From: an uncultured Alphaproteobacteria bacterium | Lineage (GTDB): Bacteria; Pseudomonadota; Alphaproteobacteria; HIMB59; GCA-002718135 | Reading direction: 5' to 3' | DNA: 64,000 bases | NCBI GenBank assembly: GCA_902584805.1 | Contig: CACIBE010000006.1 | Span: 26,638 to 90,637 of the forward strand | In this document: positions 49,411 through 59,220 of the stretch, piece after piece | Layout: each line of letters opens with the position of its first letter | Numbering within the stretch: position 1 is the stretch's first letter | The notes under the pieces: generated by a model | Databases searched by the model: none | What the model was told of the DNA's origin: nothing | The model's input: only the letters and a program-made list of their open reading frames with translations | Position numbers and translations under genes: made by a program

Positions 49411-50495
49411 TTAAATATTTAGCTTTTGAATACCAATCTTTATTTAGTTTTCTAAATATTTTTAGCTATATAACATTTAGAGCTGGCGCCTCTATTCTTA
49501 CTGCATTATTTTTTTCTCTCATATTTGGAAATTATATTATTAATAAATTATCTAATATTCAGCCAACTGGTCAGCCAATAAGAGATGATGGTCCAGAGTC
49601 ACATATAATTGCTAAAAAAGGCACTCCTACCATGGGTGGATTATTGATTATTCTAAGTGTTTTAATCTCAACCATTATTTGGGCTGATTTAAAAAATATT
49701 TTTATATGGATTTTACTTTTAACTATTTTTATTTTTGGATCTATTGGTTTTGCTGATGATTACAAAAAAATAAAATCAAATACAAGTGATGGCATTTCAT
49801 CAAAAATAAGAATTTTATTTCAAATTATTTTTTCATTTTTTATTACATACTTAATTCTTATCAATTTAGATCCAAGTATAAGCAAATCTATGACATTTCC
49901 TTTCTTTAAAAATTTAATTATAGATTTTGGAATATTTTATTTTCTCATTTCTATATTTATAATTATTGGATCGGCTAATGCAGTAAATTTAACTGATGGA
50001 CTTGATGGTTTAGCAATTGTCCCTGTAATGATAGTTGCTATGTCTTTTGCTTTCATAGCTTATATTTCAGGAAATATAGTTTTTTCTAATTATTTACTTA
50101 TTCAATATATTCCTGGAACTGGTGAATTAGCAGTTTTTTGTGGTTCTTTAATTGGAGCTGCTTTAGGTTTTCTTTGGTTTAACGCGCCACCCGCTAAAGT
50201 TTTTATGGGTGATACAGGATCTTTAGCATTGGGAGGCTCTTTAGGCTCAATTGCAATAATATGTAAACATGAAATTCTTCTTGCAATAATTGGAGGTTTA
50301 TTTGTTCTAGAAACGTTATCTGTAGTAATCCAAGTATACATTTTTAAAATGACAGGAAAAAGAGTTTTTTTAATGGCTCCACTACATCATCATTTTGAAA
50401 AAAAAGGATGGCCTGAGTCAACAATAGTTATTCGTTTTTGGATAATTACTATTGTATTAGCTTTGATAGGTCTTGCAACTTTAAGAATTCGATAA
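49407..50495 (+). CDS. mraY: Phospho-MurNAc-pentapeptide transferase
   Basis: KKGTPTMGG, GFADDY, NAVNLTDGLDGLA, FMGDTGS, APLHHHFE. Confidence 0.97.
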   Translation: MIKYLAFEYQSLFSFLNIFSYITFRAGASILTALFFSLIFGNYIINKLSNIQPTGQPIRDDGPESHIIAKKGTPTMGGLLIILSVLISTIIWADLKNIFIWILLLTIFIFGSIGFADDYKKIKSNTSDGISSKIRILFQIIFSFFITYLILINLDPSISKSMTFPFFKNLIIDFGIFYFLISIFIIIGSANAVNLTDGLDGLAIVPVMIVAMSFAFIAYISGNIVFSNYLLIQYIPGTGELAVFCGSLIGAALGFLWFNAPPAKVFMGDTGSLALGGSLGSIAIICKHEILLAIIGGLFVLETLSVVIQVYIFKMTGKRVFLMAPLHHHFEKKGWPESTIVIRFWIITIVLALIGLATLRIR

Positions 50496-51811
50496 TGTAT
50501 TTAATTTATGGAATTCAAAAATCAGGACTTTCAATAGTAAATTATTTTGAAAATAAAAAAATAAAATTTAAGATGTGGGATGATAATCCAATAGTAAGAA
50601 AAGCTATAAAAAAAAATTATAATAAAGATTATTTTTTTAATATTAAAAAAGATAATCTAAATGATTTTGAAAAAATTTTTGTTAGCCCAGGAATATCTTT
50701 AAGGCAAAAAAAATTTCAAAAAAAAAATATATCTAAAAAGATAAATAGAGACTTAAATCTATATATTTCAAATTTAACAAATCAAAAGATTGTAGCTATT
50801 ACTGGAACAAATGGGAAATCCACGACTACCAAATTAATAGGAGATATTTTAAAAAAAAATAATATTAAAACATTTGTTGGAGGCAATATTGGAGAATCAT
50901 TATGTAATGCTTTTCTTTTGAAAAAAAAATATAAAGTTCATGTTATCGAATTAAGTTCCTTTCAATTAGAAACTGTTAAGTCACTTAATAGTAGAATATC
51001 AGTAATAACAAATTTATCCAGCGATCATTTAGATAGGTACAAAGATATTAGTGATTATATTAATCAGAAAAAAAATATTATTTCTAAAAATGGAATTAAT
51101 TTGTTATCAATTGATGACATTTATTCAAGAAAAATATTTAATCAAACAAAAATTAAAAATAAAATTAGTTTTTCTTTAGTTGATAAATCAGCTGATTGTT
51201 TCGCTAACAATGATTATATTCTAGATAATTATTTCAAAAAAAACAGAAAATTATTTATAAAAAAAATCTCAAAAGACTTAGAGGGTCATTTTAATATCCA
51301 AAATATTTTAATAGCATACATATGCAGTAAAATATTAAAAATTCCAGAAACGAATTTTCTTAAGGTTATTAAAACATTTCAGGGTCTTCCATTTAGATCA
51401 TCTACAATTTTTACAAATAATAAATTAAAAATAGTAAACAATAGTAAGTCTACTAACTTAAATTCAACAATAAATTCAGTTGTAAATTACAATAATATTT
51501 ACCTAATCTTGGGAGGTGTAGCTAAAGAAAAAAATTTTGAAATTCTTCTGAAGTATAAAAATAAAATTAGTTGTGTATATACTTATGGAAAATCGGGATC
51601 TTTTATTGAAAAAAAATTAAAAAAAGAATTAGTTGTAAAAAGATCGGCAAATTTAAAATCAGTTATCAAAAAAACCATTAAGGATATTAAAAAAAATTCA
51701 AATCAATCAACTATATTGTTTGCTCCTGCATGTGCCTCTTATGATCAATACAAAAATTTTGAAGAAAGAGGCATACATTTTAATAATTTAATAAAAAATT
51801 ATATAAATTAA
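50495..51811 (+). CDS. murD: UDP-MurNAc-L-Ala:D-Glu ligase (true start at ATG 50495, TAATG overlap with mraY)
   Basis: VSPGI, ITGTNGKSTT, GGNIG, ELSSFQL, DHLDRY, NSKSTN, PACASYDQYKNFEERG. Confidence 0.94.
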   Translation: MYLIYGIQKSGLSIVNYFENKKIKFKMWDDNPIVRKAIKKNYNKDYFFNIKKDNLNDFEKIFVSPGISLRQKKFQKKNISKKINRDLNLYISNLTNQKIVAITGTNGKSTTTKLIGDILKKNNIKTFVGGNIGESLCNAFLLKKKYKVHVIELSSFQLETVKSLNSRISVITNLSSDHLDRYKDISDYINQKKNIISKNGINLLSIDDIYSRKIFNQTKIKNKISFSLVDKSADCFANNDYILDNYFKKNRKLFIKKISKDLEGHFNIQNILIAYICSKILKIPETNFLKVIKTFQGLPFRSSTIFTNNKLKIVNNSKSTNLNSTINSVVNYNNIYLILGGVAKEKNFEILLKYKNKISCVYTYGKSGSFIEKKLKKELVVKRSANLKSVIKKTIKDIKKNSNQSTILFAPACASYDQYKNFEERGIHFNNLIKNYIN

Positions 51812-51813
51812 CC

Positions 51814-52875
51814 ATGGAATATTTAAAAAATTGGTGGAACTCAATTGATAGAATTAACGTAATATTAATATTATCATTGGGTTTTACGGGATTAATACTT
51901 TCATTTTCAATAGATGAAAATTTATCCATAAATAGACACTCTATTTTTTTTCTTTTTTCAATTTTCTTACTTATTGCGCTATCAGACTTAGATAGTAAAA
52001 ATATAAGAAGAATTTCATTATTTTTATTTATTATTTTATTAATAATAATACTTTTAATACTTTTTTTAGATTATGAAGTTAAAGGTGCTAAGAGATGGTT
52101 CCAAATATTTAACTTTACACTACAACCTTCAGAGATAATTAAGCCTATTTTTGTCATATTGACGGCATGGTGTATAAGTAAATCTATAGAAGATAAAAAA
52201 TTTTATTTACCTTTACTCTTTGTCTTTTTCTTCTTGCTTTTATCTTTAATACTTATGCAACCTGATTTGGGAATGACAGTTTTGCTGTCGGCAACTTTTT
52301 TTTGCCAGTTATTTGTTGCTGGTTTATCAATTTTTTTAGTTATTGTTGCATTTTTATTTATATTAGGAATTTCAATTTTTTCTTATTTTACTTTTGATCA
52401 TGTTCAATCAAGGATTAATTCATTTCTTGGTGGGTTAGGTGGGACTGATACATACCAAATAGATTTAAGTATTCAAGCTTTCAAAAATGGTGGGCTACTT
52501 GGTAAGGGCCCAGGGCAAGGTATTTTAAAAGAAAAAATTCCTGATGCTAACACAGATTTTATTTTTGCTGTTGCTGGAGAAGAATTAGGATTTATTTTTT
52601 GTTTAATTATTATTTTTATAATTCTATCTATTATAGTAAGAAGCTTATTAAAAGTTCTACAACTTGAAAATCCATATAAAATTATAGCAATTAGTGGTTT
52701 AATTTGCTCATTTGGATTACAATGCTTAATTAATATCTTTAGTTCGCTAGGTCTTATGCCAACAAAAGGTATGACACTACCATTCGTAAGCTATGGAGGC
52801 TCTTCCATGATATCAATAGCAATTTTATTTGGTTTTTTATTATCTCTTACAAACAAAAAAAATGAAGAATTATGA
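51814..52875 (+). CDS. ftsW: Septal peptidoglycan polymerase FtsW
   Basis: KGAKRW, QPSE, QPDLG, PDANTDFIFAV, PTKGMTLPFVSYGGSS. Confidence 0.95.
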   Translation: MEYLKNWWNSIDRINVILILSLGFTGLILSFSIDENLSINRHSIFFLFSIFLLIALSDLDSKNIRRISLFLFIILLIIILLILFLDYEVKGAKRWFQIFNFTLQPSEIIKPIFVILTAWCISKSIEDKKFYLPLLFVFFFLLLSLILMQPDLGMTVLLSATFFCQLFVAGLSIFLVIVAFLFILGISIFSYFTFDHVQSRINSFLGGLGGTDTYQIDLSIQAFKNGGLLGKGPGQGILKEKIPDANTDFIFAVAGEELGFIFCLIIIFIILSIIVRSLLKVLQLENPYKIIAISGLICSFGLQCLINIFSSLGLMPTKGMTLPFVSYGGSSMISIAILFGFLLSLTNKKNEEL

Positions 52876-53957
52876 AAAAAAATTTTTTACTAATTACAGG
52901 AGGAACAGGAGGGCATGTTATACCAGCAAAAAATTTTGCCAATTATTTATCTATTAAAAACATAAGTTCTACAATTATAACTGACAAAAGAGGTTATAAA
53001 TACTTTGATAATTATAATGGAAAAATTTATATAATTAGTTCATCAAATTTAAATGGGAACATAATATTTAAAATCTTTGGTATATTTCAAATTTTATTAG
53101 GATTAATTCAATCATTTATTATTATATTTTTATTAAAACCATCCCACTCTATTTCTTTTGGAAGTTATGCTTCATTTTCCCCAATGTTATCCTGTATTTT
53201 ATTAAAACCATTCTACAAAATTAAGCTTTATATACATGAACAAAATTCAATAATAGGCAGAACGAATAAATTTTTTCTAAATTTTATAAATAAATTATTT
53301 TTAAATTTTGATATTACTTCTAAAATCAACTCAAAGATAAAAGATAAAATATTTGTAGTAGGCTCTCCAGAAAATAATTTTAAAAAAAATTCTAACATAA
53401 GAAATAAAAATTCTGATAGTAACTTTACAATTCTTATTTCTGGTGGAAGTCAAGGATCAGAATTTGTATCAAACTTTGCAACAAATTTAATTAAAATTAT
53501 AGATAATGATAAAATTATAAAAACTAAATTTATATTTCAGTGTTCTAAACATTTGATAAAAAAACAAGAGGAAAAATTAAGAAATATTAAATCACCAATC
53601 ATTTTAAAAGATTTTTTTATAAATATAGATGAAATACTAGATAATACTAATTTAGCAATATGTAGAGCTGGAGCAGGCACAATTGGTGATTTAATTAATT
53701 TTAAACTTCCCTCGATATTAATTCCCCTACCTTCTTCAAAAGACAACCATCAATTTTTTAATGCTAAAATATTAGCTAAACATGACTTAGCTATTATTAT
53801 CGATCAAAATAATGATGATTTAGACAAAGCAAAAAGATATATTTATGAAATATATAGTAATACAAAAAAATTAGAATCAATGAATAAAAAATTTAATATG
53901 ATTCAAGTTAAAAACTCTAACACTTTAATTTATAAATTAATACTAAATGAAAATTAA
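52872..53957 (+). CDS. murG: Lipid II glycosyltransferase MurG
   Basis: GGTGGHVIPA, IHEQN, GGSQG, RAGAGT, HQFFNA. Confidence 0.95.
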   Translation: MKKNFLLITGGTGGHVIPAKNFANYLSIKNISSTIITDKRGYKYFDNYNGKIYIISSSNLNGNIIFKIFGIFQILLGLIQSFIIIFLLKPSHSISFGSYASFSPMLSCILLKPFYKIKLYIHEQNSIIGRTNKFFLNFINKLFLNFDITSKINSKIKDKIFVVGSPENNFKKNSNIRNKNSDSNFTILISGGSQGSEFVSNFATNLIKIIDNDKIIKTKFIFQCSKHLIKKQEEKLRNIKSPIILKDFFINIDEILDNTNLAICRAGAGTIGDLINFKLPSILIPLPSSKDNHQFFNAKILAKHDLAIIIDQNNDDLDKAKRYIYEIYSNTKKLESMNKKFNMIQVKNSNTLIYKLILNEN

Positions 53958-55317
53958 AAGTAAAATTCATTTTATAGGTATTTCAGGAATAGGGATGTCT
54001 GGTATTGCAGAATTGATGTTAGATAAAGGATATTTGATTCAGGGTAGTGATATATCAGTAAACGACAACACAAAAAGATTAAAGAAAAAAGGTGTAAAAT
54101 TTTTTTTAGGACATAATAAAAAAAATATTAAAAATGCCCATGCCGTTGTTTATTCATCAGCTATAAAAAAAAATAATCCTGAAATAAAAGAGGCATATAT
54201 TAAAAAAATCCCTGTTCTTTCTCGAGCTGATATGCTTTCAGAATTAATGAAAAATAAAAAATCTATTGCCATTGCTGGATCTCATGGAAAAACTACTACT
54301 ACTAGTTTGGTTGGAAACATTTTTAATGAAGCAGGTTTGGACCCTACTATTGTTAATGGTGGTATTATAAATTCTTTTTCCAAAAATAATCGCTATGGAA
54401 AAGGGGAATGGATGATTGTTGAGGCAGACGAAAGTGATGGCACCTTTTTAAAACTCCCACATCAAATATCAATTATTACTAATTTAGACGTTGAACACAT
54501 GGATTTTTATAAATCAAAAAAAAATTTAATTAATGCATTTGAAAAATTTATAAATCTGCTTCCATTTTATGGAACCACAATAATGTGTTACGATGATAAG
54601 AATCTTAAATTACTAATTAACAAAATAAAAACTAGAAATATTTTAACTTATTCAATAAAAAATAAAAAAGCAGATGTATTAATCTTTGACATTATTCAAA
54701 ACAAACTAAAAACTTCCTTTAAATTAAAAATAAACAATAAAATTATTCATTCTTCTAATTATAAATTTACTATCAATGCTATCGGAAATCACAATATTTT
54801 AAATGCAGCTGCAAGTATTGTTGCATCTAAACTAAATGGAATAAAAAATAAAGATATCAATAATGCGTTGACTAACTATGTTGGTGTAAAAAGAAGATTC
54901 TCATTTATTGGAAAAAAAAATAAGTCTTTTGTGTACGATGATTATGCACATCATCCAACAGAAATTGCGGCCACATTAAGCGCAGCTAAAAGTTTAAATA
55001 ATAAAGTAATAGTTGTTTTTCAACCACACAGATACACTAGAACTAAAATACTAATTAGAGAATTTATAAAAGTTTTATCTAAAGTTGATTATTTAATTTT
55101 ATTAGAAACCTATTCAGCTGGAGAAAAGATTATCAAGGGTGCAACTTCAAAAGATATATTTTCTAAAATATTAAAAAAAAATAAAAATACTACATATTTA
55201 AAGAACATAGGTGATTTAAATAAATTAATGAAACCTCATACTATGAATCAAAATACCATTGTTTTTATGGGCGCGGGCTCAATATCAAGTATCGCAAAAA
55301 AATATTTGAATAATTAA
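53947..55317 (+). CDS. murC: UDP-MurNAc:L-Ala ligase
   Basis: HFIGISGIGMSG, AGSHGKTTT, EADESDG, DDYAHHPTE, FQPHRY. Confidence 0.96.
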   Translation: MKIKSKIHFIGISGIGMSGIAELMLDKGYLIQGSDISVNDNTKRLKKKGVKFFLGHNKKNIKNAHAVVYSSAIKKNNPEIKEAYIKKIPVLSRADMLSELMKNKKSIAIAGSHGKTTTTSLVGNIFNEAGLDPTIVNGGIINSFSKNNRYGKGEWMIVEADESDGTFLKLPHQISIITNLDVEHMDFYKSKKNLINAFEKFINLLPFYGTTIMCYDDKNLKLLINKIKTRNILTYSIKNKKADVLIFDIIQNKLKTSFKLKINNKIIHSSNYKFTINAIGNHNILNAAASIVASKLNGIKNKDINNALTNYVGVKRRFSFIGKKNKSFVYDDYAHHPTEIAATLSAAKSLNNKVIVVFQPHRYTRTKILIREFIKVLSKVDYLILLETYSAGEKIIKGATSKDIFSKILKKNKNTTYLKNIGDLNKLMKPHTMNQNTIVFMGAGSISSIAKKYLNN

Positions 55318-56210
55318 TGTCAAAAAAAATTATAGAATTAGCTAATAAACTTAAAAGTAAAATTTACTCAGATTATAATGCTGGTAAACATACTTGGTTC
55401 AGAACAGGCGGTAATGCGAAAATATTTGCTATAGTTGAAGATAATTTAGAGTTAGAAATTATATTAAATGAAATAAATAATGAAAATTTTTACATATTAG
55501 GTTCAGGTTCAAATCTTTTAATTAGAGATAATGGTTACAATGGAACTCTTATAAAATTAGGCAAAGGTTTTAATACTATTAATATTAATGATAACAAACT
55601 TGAAGTTGGTGCTAGTATTTTAGACATAAATTTATCGAATTATGCATTGAGACAAAATATAGAGGGTTTTGAATTTTATAGTGGTATTCCAGGGTCAATA
55701 GGTGGAGCAGTTAAAATGAATGCTGGTTGTTATGGTTCGGAAACTGTAGATGTTATAAATAGTATAGAAATTTGTGATAATTTTGGTCAAAGAAAAACAA
55801 TTACAAAAGATAAACTAAATCTAAAATATAGATCTTCAAAAATTAATAATACAGATATAGTTACAAAAGCTATATTTGATTTTAACTATGGAGATCAAAA
55901 TTTAATCAAAGAAAAGATTAACGAAATAAAGAATAAACGTTTAGAATCTCAGCCAATTAAAAATAAAACTTCTGGCAGTACTTTTAAAAATCCTAAAAAT
56001 TTTCATGCAGCAAAATTAATTGAGGAAGCAGGATGCAAAGGTACCAATTATGGAGATGCATATGTGAGTGATAAGCATGCGAATTTTATAATAAATAGGG
56101 GAAGTGCTTCAGCAACAGATATAGAAAACCTAGGTAAAAGTATTGTTGAAAAGGTATATGCCAAATTCAATGTAAAATTGGAATGGGAGGTAAAAATAAT
56201 AGGTGAGTAA
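55317..56210 (+). CDS. murB: UDP-N-acetylenolpyruvoylglucosamine reductase
   Basis: TWFRTGG, GSGSNLL, GIPGSIGGAVKMNAG, GSTFKNP, KHANF. Confidence 0.96.
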   Translation: MSKKIIELANKLKSKIYSDYNAGKHTWFRTGGNAKIFAIVEDNLELEIILNEINNENFYILGSGSNLLIRDNGYNGTLIKLGKGFNTININDNKLEVGASILDINLSNYALRQNIEGFEFYSGIPGSIGGAVKMNAGCYGSETVDVINSIEICDNFGQRKTITKDKLNLKYRSSKINNTDIVTKAIFDFNYGDQNLIKEKINEIKNKRLESQPIKNKTSGSTFKNPKNFHAAKLIEEAGCKGTNYGDAYVSDKHANFIINRGSASATDIENLGKSIVEKVYAKFNVKLEWEVKIIGE

Positions 56211-57153
56211 TAAAAAATTTTTAATTTTAGAAGGAGGTAATAATGAAGAGCATGATGTATCTTTAGTAACCTCTAGAGAAATTCAAAAAATTCTTAATCA
56301 AAATAAATTGAAGTTTAAGACATTAAGAGTTAATCCTAAAAACTTTCATAAAAAAATAATTAATTATAAAAATTTTCTTTGCATTAATGCTTTACATGGG
56401 CCTTTTGGTGAAGATGGACAAACTCAAAAAATTTTAAAAAAAAATAAAATTCCTTTTACTCATTCAAATATAAAATCATCTAATCTATGTTTTAATAAAT
56501 CTGCATCTAAGAAAGAAATTATTAAAAATAAATTAATGTCTCCAAAATATTATCTTTTAAATTTAAATGATTTAACTGATAAGAAATTAATTATAATCAA
56601 AAGTAAGTTAAAAAAATTTGTTATTAAACCCAATAGAAGTGGTTCAAGTTTTGGTATAAAAATAATTAAAAATCAAAAAGAATTTGATATTTTAATTTCT
56701 AATTTAGAAGAATTTAAAAGTAAACTTACTAATCACAAAGAAATTTTAATAGAAGAGTATATATCTGGAAGGGAGCTTACAGTTTCAACTATTAAATTGG
56801 ATAAAAAAATTCACGCACTTGCTGTTACAGAGATAAAATCGAAAAATAATTTTTTTGATTATAAAGCAAAATATTCAAAAGGTTACGCTAAACATATTTT
56901 GCCAGCTAAGTTAAATAAAATAAATTATGCTAATTGTCTTAAATTTGCTACTAAAGTTCATAAGATATTAGGTTGTAATTCACTTGCAAGAACTGATTTT
57001 ATTTTTGATACAAAAAAAAATAAAATTTTCTTTTTAGAAACAAATACTCAACCTGGACTTACTCCTATATCTCTGTTACCCGAACAAGCTACTCATAAAG
57101 GTTTATCATTTTCTGAAATTATTTTTATTTTGATCAAAAATTTGAATTATTAG
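56203..57153 (+). CDS. ddl: D-Ala-D-Ala ligase
   Basis: EHDVS, LHGPFGEDG, KP..GSS.G, FDYKAKY, ETNTQPG. Confidence 0.94.
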   Translation: MSNKKFLILEGGNNEEHDVSLVTSREIQKILNQNKLKFKTLRVNPKNFHKKIINYKNFLCINALHGPFGEDGQTQKILKKNKIPFTHSNIKSSNLCFNKSASKKEIIKNKLMSPKYYLLNLNDLTDKKLIIIKSKLKKFVIKPNRSGSSFGIKIIKNQKEFDILISNLEEFKSKLTNHKEILIEEYISGRELTVSTIKLDKKIHALAVTEIKSKNNFFDYKAKYSKGYAKHILPAKLNKINYANCLKFATKVHKILGCNSLARTDFIFDTKKNKIFFLETNTQPGLTPISLLPEQATHKGLSFSEIIFILIKNLNY

Positions 57154-57154
57154 T

Positions 57155-57928
57155 ATGAACAATATTAATAGAAGAAGATATGTCTTAAATTTTAGATTAT
57201 TGATTTATTTTTGTATTTTCTTTTTTTTAATTTTTTTTTCTTTTTTAATATTTTTAAATAAAAATAATATAATTTTGATTTCTAAAAATTTAATTCAAAA
57301 TTTTTCCGAAAACTTCCAATACCAATTTACAACATTTGATATTTCAGGTTTAGAGAAAATTGAATCAAAATTTGTAGAAGATAAAATACAAAAATATATA
57401 GACTCTTCAATTTTTTTATTACCATTAGATCAAATTAATAATTCAATTAAAGAAAACAATTGGGTTAAGGAAATTTATTTAAATACAAATTTTAAAGATA
57501 CCCTATTTATTCGGATTGAAGAATATAAGCCAATAGGCATCTATTATTTTAATGATAATTACTTTTTTTTTGATGAAAATGGAAAAATTATAGATCAAAC
57601 TTATATTACAGATTTTTCTAATCAGTCACTAATTATATTTAAAGGAAATTCCTCAAATTTAAAAGCTAATTCAATAATTAATATTTTAAAAAATAATGAT
57701 TTTAAAAAAAAATATAACATTGAGAATTTAGAATTTGTCAATAAAAGAAGATGGGATATAAATTTATATAGCGATGTGAAATTATTGCTTTCAGAAGAAG
57801 ATCCAAATAAATCTATACAGAATTTTATTAAGATACAAAATAAACTTAGCGAAACAGATATTAATAATATAAAAATATATGACTTAAGAAATGTAAAAAA
57901 AACAATCTTAATTAATTTAAATGATTAA
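57155..57928 (+). CDS. ftsQ: Cell division protein FtsQ
   Basis: N-terminal TM, POTRA-like WVKE...IEE.KP, RRWDI, YDLR; located between ddl and ftsA. Confidence 0.85.
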   Translation: MNNINRRRYVLNFRLLIYFCIFFFLIFFSFLIFLNKNNIILISKNLIQNFSENFQYQFTTFDISGLEKIESKFVEDKIQKYIDSSIFLLPLDQINNSIKENNWVKEIYLNTNFKDTLFIRIEEYKPIGIYYFNDNYFFFDENGKIIDQTYITDFSNQSLIIFKGNSSNLKANSIINILKNNDFKKKYNIENLEFVNKRRWDINLYSDVKLLLSEEDPNKSIQNFIKIQNKLSETDINNIKIYDLRNVKKTILINLND

Positions 57929-59141
57929 AGCTGGTCTAGATATTGGTAATTCAAAAATATCATGTGTAATTGCTGATTATAAGAATACTGAAAATATTAA
58001 TATACTATCCATTGCTAGTGTTCCTAATAATAACATTAAAAAAAATATTATTTTAAATTTTGAAAATTTACATGATCAAATTAAATCTTTAGTTATAGAT
58101 GCTGAAAAACAATCTCAAACTAAATTAAATTCTATTAATCTTAATCTATCTTTATTGAATTCTAATTCTCATTATTACAACTCAGCAATAGAATTAAAAA
58201 ATGAGAAAATTTCAGAGTTACATCTTAAAAAAATTATTAATCAATCAGAATATTTTAATAATCACCGTGAACAATTCGAAATATTTAATAATATAACGTC
58301 ATACGATATCGATAATAACCAATATTTTAATGCTCCAATAGGAAATTACTCAGATAATATAAAAATTAACTTTTACAAAATAAATATACAAAAAAAATAT
58401 TCAGATAATATTTCCAGTGTTATCAAAAAATTGAAACTTAATATCGATAATTATATTCCTTCTCCATTATCTTCTTCTTTATCATCACTAACAAAAGATG
58501 AAAAAGAATTAGGAACTATTTGTATTGATTTAGGTCATTCAACATCTTCCATATCAGTTTTTGAAAATAATAAATTTGTGTATGGAGACGCAATAGGTGT
58601 TGGCAGTAATAATGTTACATTAGATATTGCTCGAGGTTTATCAACTAACATTTCTAGTGCTGAAAGATTAAAAACTTTATACGGTTCTCTTGTTTCATCG
58701 CCCAGCGATGATCATGAAATAATAGAAATTCCAATAATTTCAGGTGATAAAAATTCATTTAAGCAAATAACAAGATCAAGCTTAAATGCTATTATTAGAC
58801 CTCGTATTGAAGAAACTTTAGAGATGATATGGCAAAAAATTAAAGACAATAATTTAAACAATAAAAAATTAAATAATGTAGTTCTTACCGGCGGCGGGGC
58901 AATGATGGATAATATTGAAAAATATGTAGAAACAATTTTTGCAAGTGGCGTGAGAGTATCGAGTCCCTTAGAACAATTAAATTTGGATAATAATTTTAAA
59001 AAACCTAATTTTTGCGATATCATTGGATCTATCTTGTATGAACAAGATTTATTTAAAATTGATTTTTTAGCAAATCAGTCAAAAAATACAAAAAAACGAG
59101 GAATATCCGGATTTTTTTCTTGGCTTGATCAGTATATTTAG
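57921..59141 (+). CDS. ftsA: Cell division protein FtsA
   Basis: LDIGNSKI, IDLG, AERLK.LYG, VLTGGG, amphipathic C-terminus FFSWL. Confidence 0.93.
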   Translation: MIKAGLDIGNSKISCVIADYKNTENINILSIASVPNNNIKKNIILNFENLHDQIKSLVIDAEKQSQTKLNSINLNLSLLNSNSHYYNSAIELKNEKISELHLKKIINQSEYFNNHREQFEIFNNITSYDIDNNQYFNAPIGNYSDNIKINFYKINIQKKYSDNISSVIKKLKLNIDNYIPSPLSSSLSSLTKDEKELGTICIDLGHSTSSISVFENNKFVYGDAIGVGSNNVTLDIARGLSTNISSAERLKTLYGSLVSSPSDDHEIIEIPIISGDKNSFKQITRSSLNAIIRPRIEETLEMIWQKIKDNNLNNKKLNNVVLTGGGAMMDNIEKYVETIFASGVRVSSPLEQLNLDNNFKKPNFCDIIGSILYEQDLFKIDFLANQSKNTKKRGISGFFSWLDQYI

Positions 59142-59166
59142 ATAATACTATATCTAGTAAATTATA

Positions 59167-59204
59167 TTGACGATTTCGAACATAAATCGTTAAAAACTAT
59201 TTAA
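59167..59204 (+). promoter_or_regulatory. Candidate ftsZ promoter: TTGACG hexamer inside an inverted repeat, overlapping a CtrA-like TTAA-N7-TTAA site
   Basis: TTGACGATTT-cgaacat-AAATCGTTAA (59167-59193); TTAA-aaactat-TTAA (59190-59204). Confidence 0.45.
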
Positions 59205-59220
59205 AACGGCGGAGATTACA

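Noticed and set aside
50438-50494. Extended N-terminus of murD in the ORF track
   Set aside because: It overlaps mraY; the ATG at 50495 in a TAATG junction gives the normal MurD start.
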